DNA of 64,000 nucleotides from Amphiscolops sp. MND2022 (taxonomy: Eukaryota): NCBI GenBank assembly GCA_964187785.1, contig OZ076409.1, forward strand, positions 97,528,001 through 97,592,000, given 5' to 3'. Position 1 is the first letter of the stretch, and every line of letters starts with the position of its first letter. Both the position numbers and the translations under genes were made by a program. The notes under the pieces are model-generated. The model saw only the letters and a program-made list of their open reading frames with translations, did not search any database and was not told the DNA's origin. Shown here piece after piece: positions 1 to 12,800 of the stretch.

Positions 1-670
1 TCACTTCGACAGGACTGAAAAAAACTGAGAAACAAAACGAAATGCCAGTATAATAGTCGCGCTTTATTTCATGAAGAGCCGACTAAAAACGGCGCCTTTG
101 CGATTCAAGAACCTTTCTGGGACTCCAAATCTCAAAATATTTCACTTTTTTTGGGAAAATCTGATTTTTAAAATTCCCCGACAAAATCTTTCAGCTTCAC
201 CCACGGAAATCAACGACGAAAAAAGGTCGCAATCTGTGTATTTATCATTGAACCTGAATTCTCTTGATGAAAATGCCGATAGATAAAAAAAATGCTTTTC
301 AATTTTTGAACTTTTTGTTTCTTTTTTGAATGTTTGTGGCAGAAGAATAATCCAAGGTGGAAATGTCCCGGTGCTTGGCAGGGATCTCTTTTAAAATGAA
401 CGGATGCGTTTCACTTATTATTAAGCGACACTTGTTCGTGAACAGTCAATTGATTAACTTAACGATGCATTAACAGATTTAGTTATAAACAGTGCATTAA
501 CAGACAAAACAGTGCATTAACAAACTGTTAATGCACTGTTTAGAAAAGTTTGTTCACGCAAGAGTTTGGCTTAAACTGATTATTCGATGGCTTGTTCACA
601 CATCTCGAAAATCATTTCAGTGTCGACTGAAATTAATTTCTCGATGCATGAACAAGCCATCGAATAACAA

Positions 671-830
671 CTAGTACTTAAAGAATGATGAACTGGAAAT
701 GACAGGCGGGTGACCTATGATGGAGATGCCACATAGCTCACAGTCACGTGTGTTGATGTTAGGATGAGCCACCAATAGTTTCACACTCGGGCAGTCCAAA
801 TTCATCAGCGTGAACTGGTTCTCGTCAGGG
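671..830 (-). CDS. F-box gene terminal exon (...PDENQFTLMNLDC...SSFFKY*)
   Basis: Strong acceptor ttttgttttttgttcag; TAG at 673-671. Confidence 0.8.
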
Positions 831-3800
831 CTGAACAAAAAACAAAACAAAAGTTACCAGTTCAAGTACACACAAATGATACTGGTCAGGCTAAGCACTT
901 CTAAGCTAACTGCTCAACAATGGTGGATCCCCAAATCACATAAGAGCAAATAACATAAAAATGAAAAGAGTTTCACTAAACATGAAATCAAAATGGTTTA
1001 CAAGAAAGTTTTAGTGGTCAAGAGCATGACAATTCAAAAGATTCACTGAAAAAACTTTACAGAAAATTACAGATAAAATTTCGTGAGATGGATAGTTTAA
1101 CTCGGTTTTATTTTTATGTTATATGAAACTAATTTGATTTTTATGTTAAATGGGACTAATTAATGGCAGAACCGAATCGAATTCTGAATTCAGCCGAAAC
1201 ATACATCGATTCAGGGTTACGGGGAATTCCCAAACAGCCGAAATCCCAAACAGCAGAAAATGAAAAATTGGTCTCAAACAGCAGAATATTTGTTTATGCT
1301 GCAATATGATTGGCTCAAATTTGAAATCGAACTGAATTCACTAAGCTGAAAACGCGTGTCAGATTTTGTCGGAATTGTTATTATAACGTAGTCAGCCATG
1401 TTCACATAACCCCTAATGCCATAAATGCAGAAGCGAAGCGAAGCGGAGCGACGTGCCATATGGCCATGCCTCAATGTTGGTACTTGGCGAAGGTAGCGAA
1501 GCGATATAGCCATACAACAAATATGCTAAGTATTTTTCGGCTGAGCGAAACCTTTTGTTTTTGGGCCAAGTGGCACCCCACCGCTGGATATTAACTGTTA
1601 ATGGCCACCCCCGAAAGCGCGAAAATTTTAATGCCCCCGATATGAACGATGAGTTTCAGTTGCGGTAAGTTATAAAATACTGCAATCTGATTGATTGTTT
1701 CTATCATAATTCAATGATAGTCTGTCTCATTCGACCGCCTAACTGGGGCAGGGACAGTAATTCACTGCGGCGTTCAAATACAAATTCTGCTGCGCATATT
1801 TAAAAAACTGCTTTTTACTTCTAAGGATTGAAAATTAGTTCAAAAATTGCTTTAAATCATTTTTTTGTTCCAAAATGTGGTTATTAAAATAGCAAAAGAT
1901 TGAATCTACAACAGTATCGTCCGACATTTTCAATCTGTTGGCGAATTCAAAGCTTTTTAGCAGACTAAAGCTTCTTTCTACATCCGCAGATGACGAAGGA
2001 GAAGTTAATTTCCCATTTCCGCGGGTTCGTCGCCGAATAAGCAGTTCTGCTTTTCTAAGTCCTCACCCTTTCGGATACTATCTCCCCATAGCAAGCTATG
2101 GTACCATATTTGCAACCAAGTGGTTAAGTAATGGTGGACTTGAAGCTGTGGTTTCAACGTGACTTGCTCAAGGTCACAAAGGTCTGACTGCTCACCGTTG
2201 CTCTTTTTGTTTTTCGCTTTTCTCTGCCAAATGCGTTATTTTTTGTCATTGACCATACCACTAAGCTAGGGATGAAGGACTTGCTCAAGGCCCAACAATG
2301 GTGAGTTGAGAGAGATTCGAACCTGATACCGCCCCAGTACAGGCCGAATGCTCCAACCACTACGCCATGCTCCCCCTTGGAAGGAATCCAAATACAATGT
2401 CTTGCTATTTTCTTCAAATGCTCCAGAACGATTTCTTTCCAGAATCTATCAATGTCGAAATTTTCATTTTCAATACTGGGCAGGTGAATATATTTTGCGA
2501 ATATATCATTGAGGAGGAGGCGCGGGGGGGTGTGGTGTGTGTTACGAGGAATTCTGGTCGTGTGTTCATTCGTGTTACTCACCTGTCTACGAGGACAGTG
2601 CATCCTATAGAGGCCGACTTGAAGCTGAGGTCCCTCCACTTGATGCTGTCTATCATGACCGCCTCGCTGGAGGACCCACTGCAACACGGCCCCCCGAATC
2701 TGCCCCCTGACACTGCCCCGGGGGGAGAGGTGGGTGAATGGGGCGACGAATCGTTCACACTGCGCACGTCGGCCGCGTTGATCGGCAGAATCACCGCTGG
2801 TTTACTCCCGTAGTCTGAACAACATCTTGTTACTACAGACTTAGCATGTTTTAAAACAGGGTGGGCTCTTTTCCGTTAATCCGCCCCGCAGTAAGCGCGC
2901 GAAAAGCTCATTCATTAAAAAAACTGGTCTATTTTGACTGATTCTAATGCTCAGAAAGATTTTTACATTGCCTAGCATGTATAATCGCAGACCCCTTTTT
3001 CTGGTTCTCCAGTAGGCGTTTTTCTGTGCATCAATCCTTGTTTCAGAGTTATTATTGCACTTTCTTTCTCTAGGAATTATAATACCGGATAATATTATTA
3101 TAGTACTTCCCACAGTTACTACTTCCGCCCCCGGATGTATTTGTTCCGTGTTAGAGTTCTCAGCAGCTCACTTCTGTGTTCCCCAGGAAATTTTTGAATG
3201 GGAAGTTTTGTTGACTTTACTTTAACCCGTTGTAACCAAAAAGGAAGAGCCACGTTAACCATGACGACTTGAACCATCTGGGCTAGTGCTTATGGAGCGT
3301 GTGCATGTCAGAAGATTTCAGACATAAGCCCGAGACTCTTAACGAACTATCGACATTGCAGAAACAACAAACATGCCAAATGCTGAGCGCATCAGATATC
3401 AGAAAAGCAACCAACAGCTTGAGGGCAAGAGCTTCTAAGTGTTTCCAGGCCTCTGGAAAACAATTCGATCACTTGATGTCAAAATGAAAGCAATCACGAA
3501 CAAGCCGGGAACGGCCAAAGTCGGCGCTATATCTAAGGCTCAAAAAGCCCAAAGTTTTTGAAATTGCAAAAGGGGGACCCTTTGGGCTTTATGAAACTCC
3601 ATTCTGTTGCAAAAAATTTTAAAAGCTAAAGAAGGGACCATTTGGAGCATTAAAAACTCGAATAAAATAAAAATTGAGAAAGTTGAACGGTCTCATTGTG
3701 CCAAAAAATTTGAACAACGTTCTTTTTAACATCCATTCTATTGCAAAGTATCAGAAAATTCAACGTTAAGCTGTTACGTGACCTTGATTTTGTTTTACTT

Positions 3801-6800
3801 GGTATGTTGGATTAGTTGTGAACAGAAGGGAAGCGTGATAATTTGTTGGAGACAAATTGTATGGAAACAAGACACCCGCTATGCACCGGGATATTTTCCA
3901 CCTTCAATTGGCTAACAATAGACACTTAATCGAAAATTTACCTCCTCCTTGGTAAAACGCAATTTACTTCGGATATAACGTCAAAAGTTCGGATATAGCG
4001 TGCTGGAACAAATGGAAGCGCTTGTTTTCGGACCTCTGCCTACTCCTTAGTAAAACGCAATAATAAATACTAGTAACTATAAAATAGTCAAGTATCTAAA
4101 ATAAGTGATGGAGATTGTGGAAATTTGGCAGAATTTGGAAAAACAAGCCGAGAACGGCCAAAGTCGGCGCCATATCTAAGGCTCAAAATTGAAAAGGGGG
4201 ACCCTTCGGGTTTTGTGAAACTCCAGCTGGTTGCAAATTATGAAAAAAAAGGGACCCTTTGGGGACTTGAAAAAAATTCCCAAAAAAATTTTTTAATGAG
4301 ATTTTTGAACAGTGTCACAGTGCCGAAAAATGTAAAAGGGGTGACCCTTTGCGATTTTTTGACATCCATTGTGTTGCAAAATATCGAAACAAATCAAGGG
4401 CGGACCCTTTGGTGCAATCCAAAAAGTTTCAAAAAATCTCATAGTGCCGAAAAAAAGTGGGGCTATGTGGGGATTCTTAGTGTGTTTTCGAAGTTCTGAA
4501 CGTCTGTTTTGTTTTTTCTTTTCGTTTTGGACGCGCTTCTGAGGTTGGAGTTGTTGAGGTTTGAAGTTGTTGAGGTTTGACGTTGTTGAACAAATGAACA
4601 AAAAAGTAGACCTTACGCGTCTAAAAAAAACAACTTTTCTACTAAAATGCGCCGACTGAAAACACAACAAAGATTATGAGTTTCGTTGCCAATTATATGT
4701 GGGGGAATATAATAACTTTTGTAAGGATTGAGAAGAGTGATGAGATGAGATGGGGGCAAACCTGATGCGAACATGACGTGGTTCATGCCGATGAAGAGAC
4801 GGGTCTTGGGCAGTTGGGTGCTACAGAAGATGGTCTGGTAGCTGCCGTTCAGCACGTCGAAGAAGAGCACTTTGGTGCGACACGCCAGCGCGAACACAGA
4901 CTCGTCCTTGAACTCCACGCGCCACACCTCAAACGCCAATCATCCACTTGCTTGACTCACTACTGTACTAGTTATTGTTTTTAATCAGCGTTCTCGGAAA
5001 CAGGAAATACAAACCCCCCTTCTACTTTTTTCGACACTGAGAGTTTCCCATTTTCGGATCTGTGGGACTTTTTTCGATTTTTTTAATGTCTCCAAAGGTC
5101 TCCCCCTTCAATTTTTGATATTTTGCAAAAGAATGGAAATTTAAAAAAAATCAAAGGACTCTCCTTGCGTTTTCGGCATTAACAGGTTGCTTAGTTTTTA
5201 ACAGGAGCTGGGGAAAATGTTTTTTTTTTCAAAGACAGAAATTAGCCACGGTTGGGCATATAATGTAACTTTGTCTGTGCATGTCGGCGGAATACTGGGT
5301 ATGATGGATGAGAAATCGTATAAAAAAATTTTTGAGTAGGATGGTTTTTGATAGAGCGAATTTTTCTATACCCAGTCTGTCACAAACCCAAAAAAATTGA
5401 AGGGAGGACCCTTTGGGAAATTTTTTTTCCGAAAAAGTCTCGCAATGCCGAAAAACTGAAAGGGGGACCCGTTAGTCTCGTCCGGCATTGGATGTTATGC
5501 GGGAAACTTTTTGGTTCTGTTCCCTGGGCCAACAGGTGAAATTTGAAATTTTGTAGAACTTTTGGTAGAACTATTTTGGTCAGTTCAGGTGGTCTTTAAA
5601 AAACACTGACGAAAAGCCATGACTATAGTCGACTCTTTTCTAAAGAAAAGCGCCGACTAAAAATTAACATTCTCGATCCACAATAATTCGACTTATATAC
5701 AGTTCCTCGTAAAAACGTAACCATAGAGTACATTCACTCAAAAAACACACCTATTGGTAAAGTCAATTATATTAGGGTAGTTTCTATCGAATACTGCTGG
5801 AAAGAAGTTTGTTTCCTAGTTTCGATCGTTTTGACCTCAACCAGGAACAGGATGCAAAACTTTGCTTTTTTTCATTACGTCTTTTATTACAATTTTGTGT
5901 AAATTCAAAAAGTTCTAACGGATCTCAGTTTTTGCTAATTTGAAGACTGAAAACATTCCTAAGGTTAACTGAAGAACGCCACTCAATTTTTGTACGAAAG
6001 TATGAAAATAACAAGACGGGAACGTCCAAAGTCGGCGCTATATCTAAGGCTCAAAAAGCGCAGTTTTTCAAATATGCGTAGGACGTTTCCATGAAAAACT
6101 CCTGTTTTCAAACCTCCATCTCCTCCTTAGTAAGGCGCAACATAGTTCGGATATAACGTTCAAAATTCGGATATAGCGATTTACTCCAGATACTACGTCA
6201 AAGGTTAGGACAGTATTGAAAAAAATATTGGTGGATATGTATTGAGAAAACCTAATGTCAGACGAAAAATGACAATTTTGAACAGTCTCATTGTGCCGAA
6301 AAATCTGAAATGGGGACCCTTCGGAATTTTCAAACATCCATTATGTTCCAAAATATCCAAAAAAATTGAAGGGGGGACTCTTTGGTACAATCAAAAAATT
6401 TTCGAAAAAAAGTCTCATAGTGCCGAAAAAATCCAAGTTAAAAACACCCAGATAGCCTAAGTGAGGATCCTTAGTTGGTTTCAAGGTTCTGGATGTCGGT
6501 TTTATAATTTTGGATGGGGTTCTAAGGTTTGCGGTATGTTTTGGTCAAACTGAACAAATGAACAAAAAAGTGGACCTTTCGTGTCTAAAAAAACTACCCA
6601 CTGACCGACTAACAACAACCGACATCAAAAATTTAATAATAAAGAAAATAAACGAAGGATTGTCATGTCGAAAGATAGCTTCCAATGAGCCATCAAACAG
6701 TATCAAGGATATAAAAAATACGTGTCACTACCACGTCACCCTTCGAGGTTATCGGAACACCAGCGAAAAGCGGTTTGAGACATTTGTTTGGGTAAAACAA

Positions 6801-9800
6801 AAATGCCGTCTCAGCATCTCGGGAGCTAGAAACTACAATTGGTCAGCTGGTGAACCCTGAAAATATCCGCAGAGTATTCAGAAACGCAGGCGTGAAGATG
6901 TGAGAAAAAGGAGAAACCACAGTTGAATCAACGCCATCGGAAACTCCCAAAAAACTGAGAAAACAAGACGAGAACGTCTAAAGTCGGCGCCATATCTAAG
7001 GCTCAAAAAGCGTAAAACACTTTTTTTTGGAAAAAAATTGAAATTTTTGAAAAAAATTTTTTTCAAAAGAAGTCGCATAGTGCCGAAAAATGTAAAAGGG
7101 GGGACCCTGCTGGATTTATTAACAAACATTCCGTTTTGTTTTCGAAAAAAAATTTTCGAAAAAAAAATTTTCGAAAAAAAGTCGCACAGTTCCGAAAAAA
7201 ATCCAAAGGGGGGACCCTTTGGGCACGTCCGGTTTTGTATGTTTCCTTGAAAAAGTAAAAAAATGAAAGGGGGGACCCTTTGGAGTAACGTTTGCCTTGG
7301 GCGGACTTGGCCTCAGGTGCTCTGCGCAGAATTGAGAATTGTAAAAAGTGGACCGATCAGTGTGAGGATTGTAGTCTGAAGAAAAAAAAAGGTCACTGCT
7401 ATAGTCGGGCATTTTTCCTTAAAAGGAAAACGCGCCGACTAAAAACGCTGATTGGACAATCGAAGATTCAAAAAAATGTTTTGTCAAAAATCACCGAGAT
7501 GGGCTCAGATGGATTGCAAGGGACCTCGATGAAAGGAAAAAAAATTTGGTCAGACGAAACAAAAAAGGATGGGCTCATAAGTTGCAGTGGACCTGTGTTA
7601 CAAGATCACCATGTGCAAGCAACGACCAAGTACGGCGGCGGGAGTTTGATGTTTTAAAGCTGCATGACTTGGCATGGAGTAGGACAATCCTGTAATAAAT
7701 ATGGAAACATGCGTTGTTCTCTTTTGTAGAATTCTCAGCGATAATTTCCTAGGAACGGTAAACCTGGATCTTGAAACAACTATTTTCCAGCAGGATAACG
7801 ATCCGAAACATACATTTGGAATGGCTAAACAATGTTTCTCTGATAATAAAGGTCTCGTTCATGGACTGGCCCTGCAATCTCCTGACCTTAATTTTATCGA
7901 GCACCCATGGAATGCTTTGAAAAATCTTTTACAGTTGTATGCTGAGCCCCCTGAAAGTATTCATGAGCTCTGGTAAAGGGTACAAAATGAGTGGGTACAA
8001 ATACCGGTATCGACCAATCAAAACCTTATATAAAGTATGCCCATCCAAATTCAAGCTGATCCGAAGACAAAAGGTGGATACACGAAGAATTAATGTTTTC
8101 GATTCACGAACTAATGTTTTCGATTCAAGAAAAGATATATCTGTTACTCTATCGACAATTAACGCAGGGTGTTAGGAAGTCACAAAATTGTACCAATAAG
8201 AATTCTCATTCAAATGCCTCTCAAACTGAATAACTTTTTGTACTGATGGATAAGCCTCCTCATGTCGATAGCTCTTATGGCTGTGCTACTTTTACCCTCC
8301 TTAATTCATCCACCAAATATTGCTAATGTTTTGGTTATAGGTCAAAAACATTTCGGATTATTTATTGTTACGTTTTCGTGAGGCACTCTGATTCGTTTCT
8401 GTTTCCCCCCCCACCACAATTTTTGAAAATAACTTTCCTTAATAACTTTAGACTAGCCTAATTAAAAGTAAAACCTTCTTTCACAACAGGAAGTTAACTT
8501 CTATTAGAGTAGTTTTCCGCTTGAACAAAACATTGTTCACACATTTTGACTATAATTATGTCCGTATTAAGTGTCTATTGATGACTCAAAACAGGAAGCT
8601 GTTGCTTTCTTCATCAAAAATGCGTAACTACATAGGAAAAAAGTGTGAACAAAGTTTGTATCTCAATTATAAACTGTCACCCTGAAAATAAATTTAAAAC
8701 TTAAGCTTTCTGGTTTGTATTCAAGTCTATTTGGTATAAGATTTTTACTAATTTTCCAAAAAAAATTTTTTTGGTGGTGGGGGGAAAACAGAAAAGAGCC
8801 GACACTCTATATGAAGAGACAGTATCGCAGCCGGACATGACAGACCAGACCAGACTTTTAGACATGACAGAGGGGAGGGGGGTTGTTACAGACCTGTTCT
8901 GGCACGATCCAGCGCTTCCACTCGAGCACGCGGCTGCCGTAGTCCAGGAGGTGGTGCACCTGAAGCTCAGTCTCGATGCGCTCCTGGTGTCGGTAGGTGG
9001 CCACCAGCAAGTGGTCGAACACGCGGATCGTGCTCTGCGACTGTTTGAACGTCGTCGTGAAGTAGAACTCGCGCAGACCTACAACAAAAAACATCCTGAA
9101 TTAAACAAATAAATTAAGAATCAGTATGATAATACATACACATACCACGTCACCTTATAAAAAAACAATTATTACAATTATTAAAAGTACGCTATCAATT
9201 ATAGATAATAATAAAAAACCATTGAATAAAAAAGAAAAAAAACTAATTGCATGCTTATTGGATCAGAAAATGAAACACCAAAAAAAGGATTGTCAGATGA
9301 AGCACCGAAGAGCTCTCTCAAATGAAGCACCAAAAATGGATTGTCATGTATCTAGACCTACAACAAAGGTGGATGCACGCAACTCAAAACAATAACAGCG
9401 GTAGTAAAGGAGTCGGATTAGGACCGCTGGTTTCAGTTACCAGTCGTGTAGAAAAATCGATTCAGGAAGTTTGGTAAAATTAGTGATGGTTTAAAATACA
9501 GTCCAAGAGGAGTACAAACGAATGTTCGTTCCAACATTATATTTTTTCCTCACACAATATTGGACAATATATTCAATACATTCATTTTTAGCCAGCAACA
9601 AATAAGTTTACTTTTTTATTTAAAATTAATATTTAAATACAATATTTTACATTCCTGACCAGACCCCGCAGAAATTCACAAGCAGTTGGAGTGTACACGC
9701 TTTAAGCTTTGAACGAGGTCGGAAGGAAAATATTTTAGGCGATGCCGGGGCCCGAACCCCGGTCTCCGGGGTCGCAGTCAGACAGCTTACCATTGCACCA

Positions 9801-12800
9801 AGAAAACATAAGAAAGCATACTTTGATGTAGCGTGAAACTTTTCAATCTATTGAGGAAACTGTCATGAAAAATGTTTTTAATTTCCAAACGAATCGTTTC
9901 ACGAAATCTTCTGTTATCATAAATTCCTCGAAACAATCTCAATTATAAATTTTGAAATATCATAGGAAACATTCAAAGTTTGAACTGAAGGATTGGTTAC
10001 TTGCATAACGAATAGACGCTTTCACTTGACTCAAGAACAGATAATTGTGTATGTATTATCAATTGTAAAAAAATCAACTTTAGTACAATGAAAATTATCC
10101 AAAATACAAGCTGGAGTCAATTTTAGCCAACAAAAATAAAGAACAAAGATGAAGAACAACCAGACCGCATGTGCGGAAAAGCAATCGGCTTAGGTCTTTT
10201 CTTTCTGACTTGCTCGAATCCCAGTTATACGAATTTCTTGAAATTGCACACATAGGACCATATTATGGTGAGAATGACTGTAGAATATTTCGTTTGAATC
10301 GTATAGAGAGTTTTTGAGAAAATCAAAAAAGTCCAAAAAATGGGCTTTTTGGCCATTTTTGGGCTAATTTTGGCTGTGTTTCTCACATCACAGCCATAAG
10401 ATTTTGATGTCATTGCACAAATAGTACTCTAATAATATGGAGTAGAAAGACTGTAGAAAATTTCGTTCAAATCATATGAAGATATTTTCCTTGAAAGGTC
10501 AGGAGAAAAAAGGTACGAGTGTAAAAGTAGTCGAAAATTTTTTCCTACTCCTAAAAATAAGAGAGGGCATTCACAAATATTCAATTATTCATGTGAACAC
10601 AGACATCTTTACAAACAGAACAAACAAACAAACATGCAATGACCCAAATAATATCGACATCCCCAACAGTGCAGAATGAGTTGAGATGCCGAATGAGAAT
10701 ACAATCCCGGCCAAAAGTCTTGCAACATTCATTTTTTAACGAAAAAATTCGCCTTGATGGACGTTAAGGCTCTTTTCTGTCCCCCCCACCACCAAAATTT
10801 TTGGAAGTAAATTTCCTTAAAAACTTTATACTAGCCTAATTATAAGTATAAAACCTTCTTTCATAACGGGAAGTTAACGTCTATTAGACATTTTTTGCTT
10901 GGACAAAACATTGTTCACGCATTTTGACTATACTTATGCTCGTATTAAGTGTTTTTCGATGACTCAAAACAGGAAGCTGTTGATTTCTTCATCCAAAATG
11001 CGTGACTACATATTGAAAAAGTGTGAACAAAGTTTGTTTCTGAATTCTAAATTGTCACACTGAGAATAAATGTAAAATTGAAGCTTTCTGGTTTGTAATC
11101 GAAACATTTTGTTATAAGATTTTCACTAATTTTTTAAAAAAAAATTGGTGGTGGGGGGGGGGGCAGAAAAGAGCCGACGTTAAATGAAAATTAATATAAA
11201 AACTTTATGTGAACTATTTGGATGACGTATATTCCTATTTCCACAAGCGTGACGTTTTAATTAACCACTTCAAACCTCGCGTTGCAAGACTTTTGGCCGG
11301 AACTGTAAACATTACAACCAACGCACCCGTGCATGGCGGTTGAGATGATTCATTAGCAGCACTTCCATTCGCATCGCCCCCCGTAGACGTTCTGTTATCA
11401 GCACCCCCTGAGTCACTCGAGGAAGGTAACGGGCCAAAAGGCGCTTTTATCACGACCACTTTGCTTTCGTTTGTAGTTCGTTCTCTCTCGAACAGAACCA
11501 CGGCTGAAACCAAAACACACCGCATCAACATTCGACTACAGAAACATCAACTGCCAAAACCAGAGCCGCATGTGCGGTAAAGGAGTCGGGAACGGATTAT
11601 TTAAAAATTGAAAAATAAATTACGCGCTTTATTATCTCATTTTTGGACTAAATTCGGCTGTGTTTCTCAGATCCCAGTCATATGATTTTGATGCCATTGC
11701 GCACACAGGAGCACCTTTGGGTGTAGAATGACTGTGCTAAATTTTATAAAAATCGTATTGACAGTTTTTGAGAAATTTTCATTGAAAGGCCGGGAGAAAA
11801 AAGTACGAGGGCATAAGTAGTCGAAAAGTTTTTCCGACTCCTAAAAAAAAACAAATAAGGTTCCATAACCAGAGTTGTAGATATCGGCACCCGATAGATA
11901 TAAACATAGGCGATAGATATATCGATATTACAGTTTTGAGCGATAGATATATCGAAGGTATCGTGGGTAAAAAAAAGGTTTCAAAAATTTGAATTTCTTG
12001 TATTATAAACAGAAACAAAAACATTCAGATTCCAAAAATTTTTGTTACAATAAAAACAATTTGACTGTTTAAATTCAATGGCAAGAGCCGTTTTCTGTAG
12101 TCCGTGTAAGTGTATTTAATGCGGCTGAACAGCCGTTCAACGACATTCGACGGGCAATCCAATCCGCTCTAGATCCAGTCTTTCGGCGTTTTGCATTCGC
12201 GAGAAGATTATTGGTTACTCAGACTAGGTTAGTTGCATTACACGTGAACACTATGTGCATTCCTTGCTTTTGTTTAATTTATGTAACGATACTTAATCGG
12301 ATCGTTCTATTTCTCAGAAACGATACATCGATACTATCTTATCGCGATATATTTTTTTAAAACCCTGTGCACAACCTTTTGTTTTTTTTTGTGAGTCCTA
12401 GTTTTTTGGCAGTTGATGTTTCGCAAACTAGAGCGTTCCTCAAAAACCAAAATAGATTAATACCAAAGCATCCAGTCCATATATCTATCATTCTACAAAT
12501 TGTTTGCATGTTAAACACAGAGGCGAAGCCGTGCTTCGCAAACACTTGCGAAGAAAGTCGCGAACTGTTGAAGAAAACCAAATAAGCAATATCATACGGA
12601 GAACCAAGGGTAAAAGGACATTGTTACAATTTCATCAATTTTTACAGCGCCAAAAAATACCCAAAAGGATACGCATAAATCTCGAAAACCATTCTCCCCC
12701 AAATGGTTTTTTTTGGAAACAGCAAAAAACCCATCATTCTCAACCGAAAACCTTTCAAAAATTAGAAAATTGAGGAAAATTTTTTCGATCGAAAAAAAAT

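Noticed and set aside
2154..2813. ORFs 2154-2687(-) and 2367-2813(+); likewise 8771-9112(+), 14248-14652(+) and 18270-18740(+)
   Set aside because: Antisense or alternative frames of GC-rich F-box exons.
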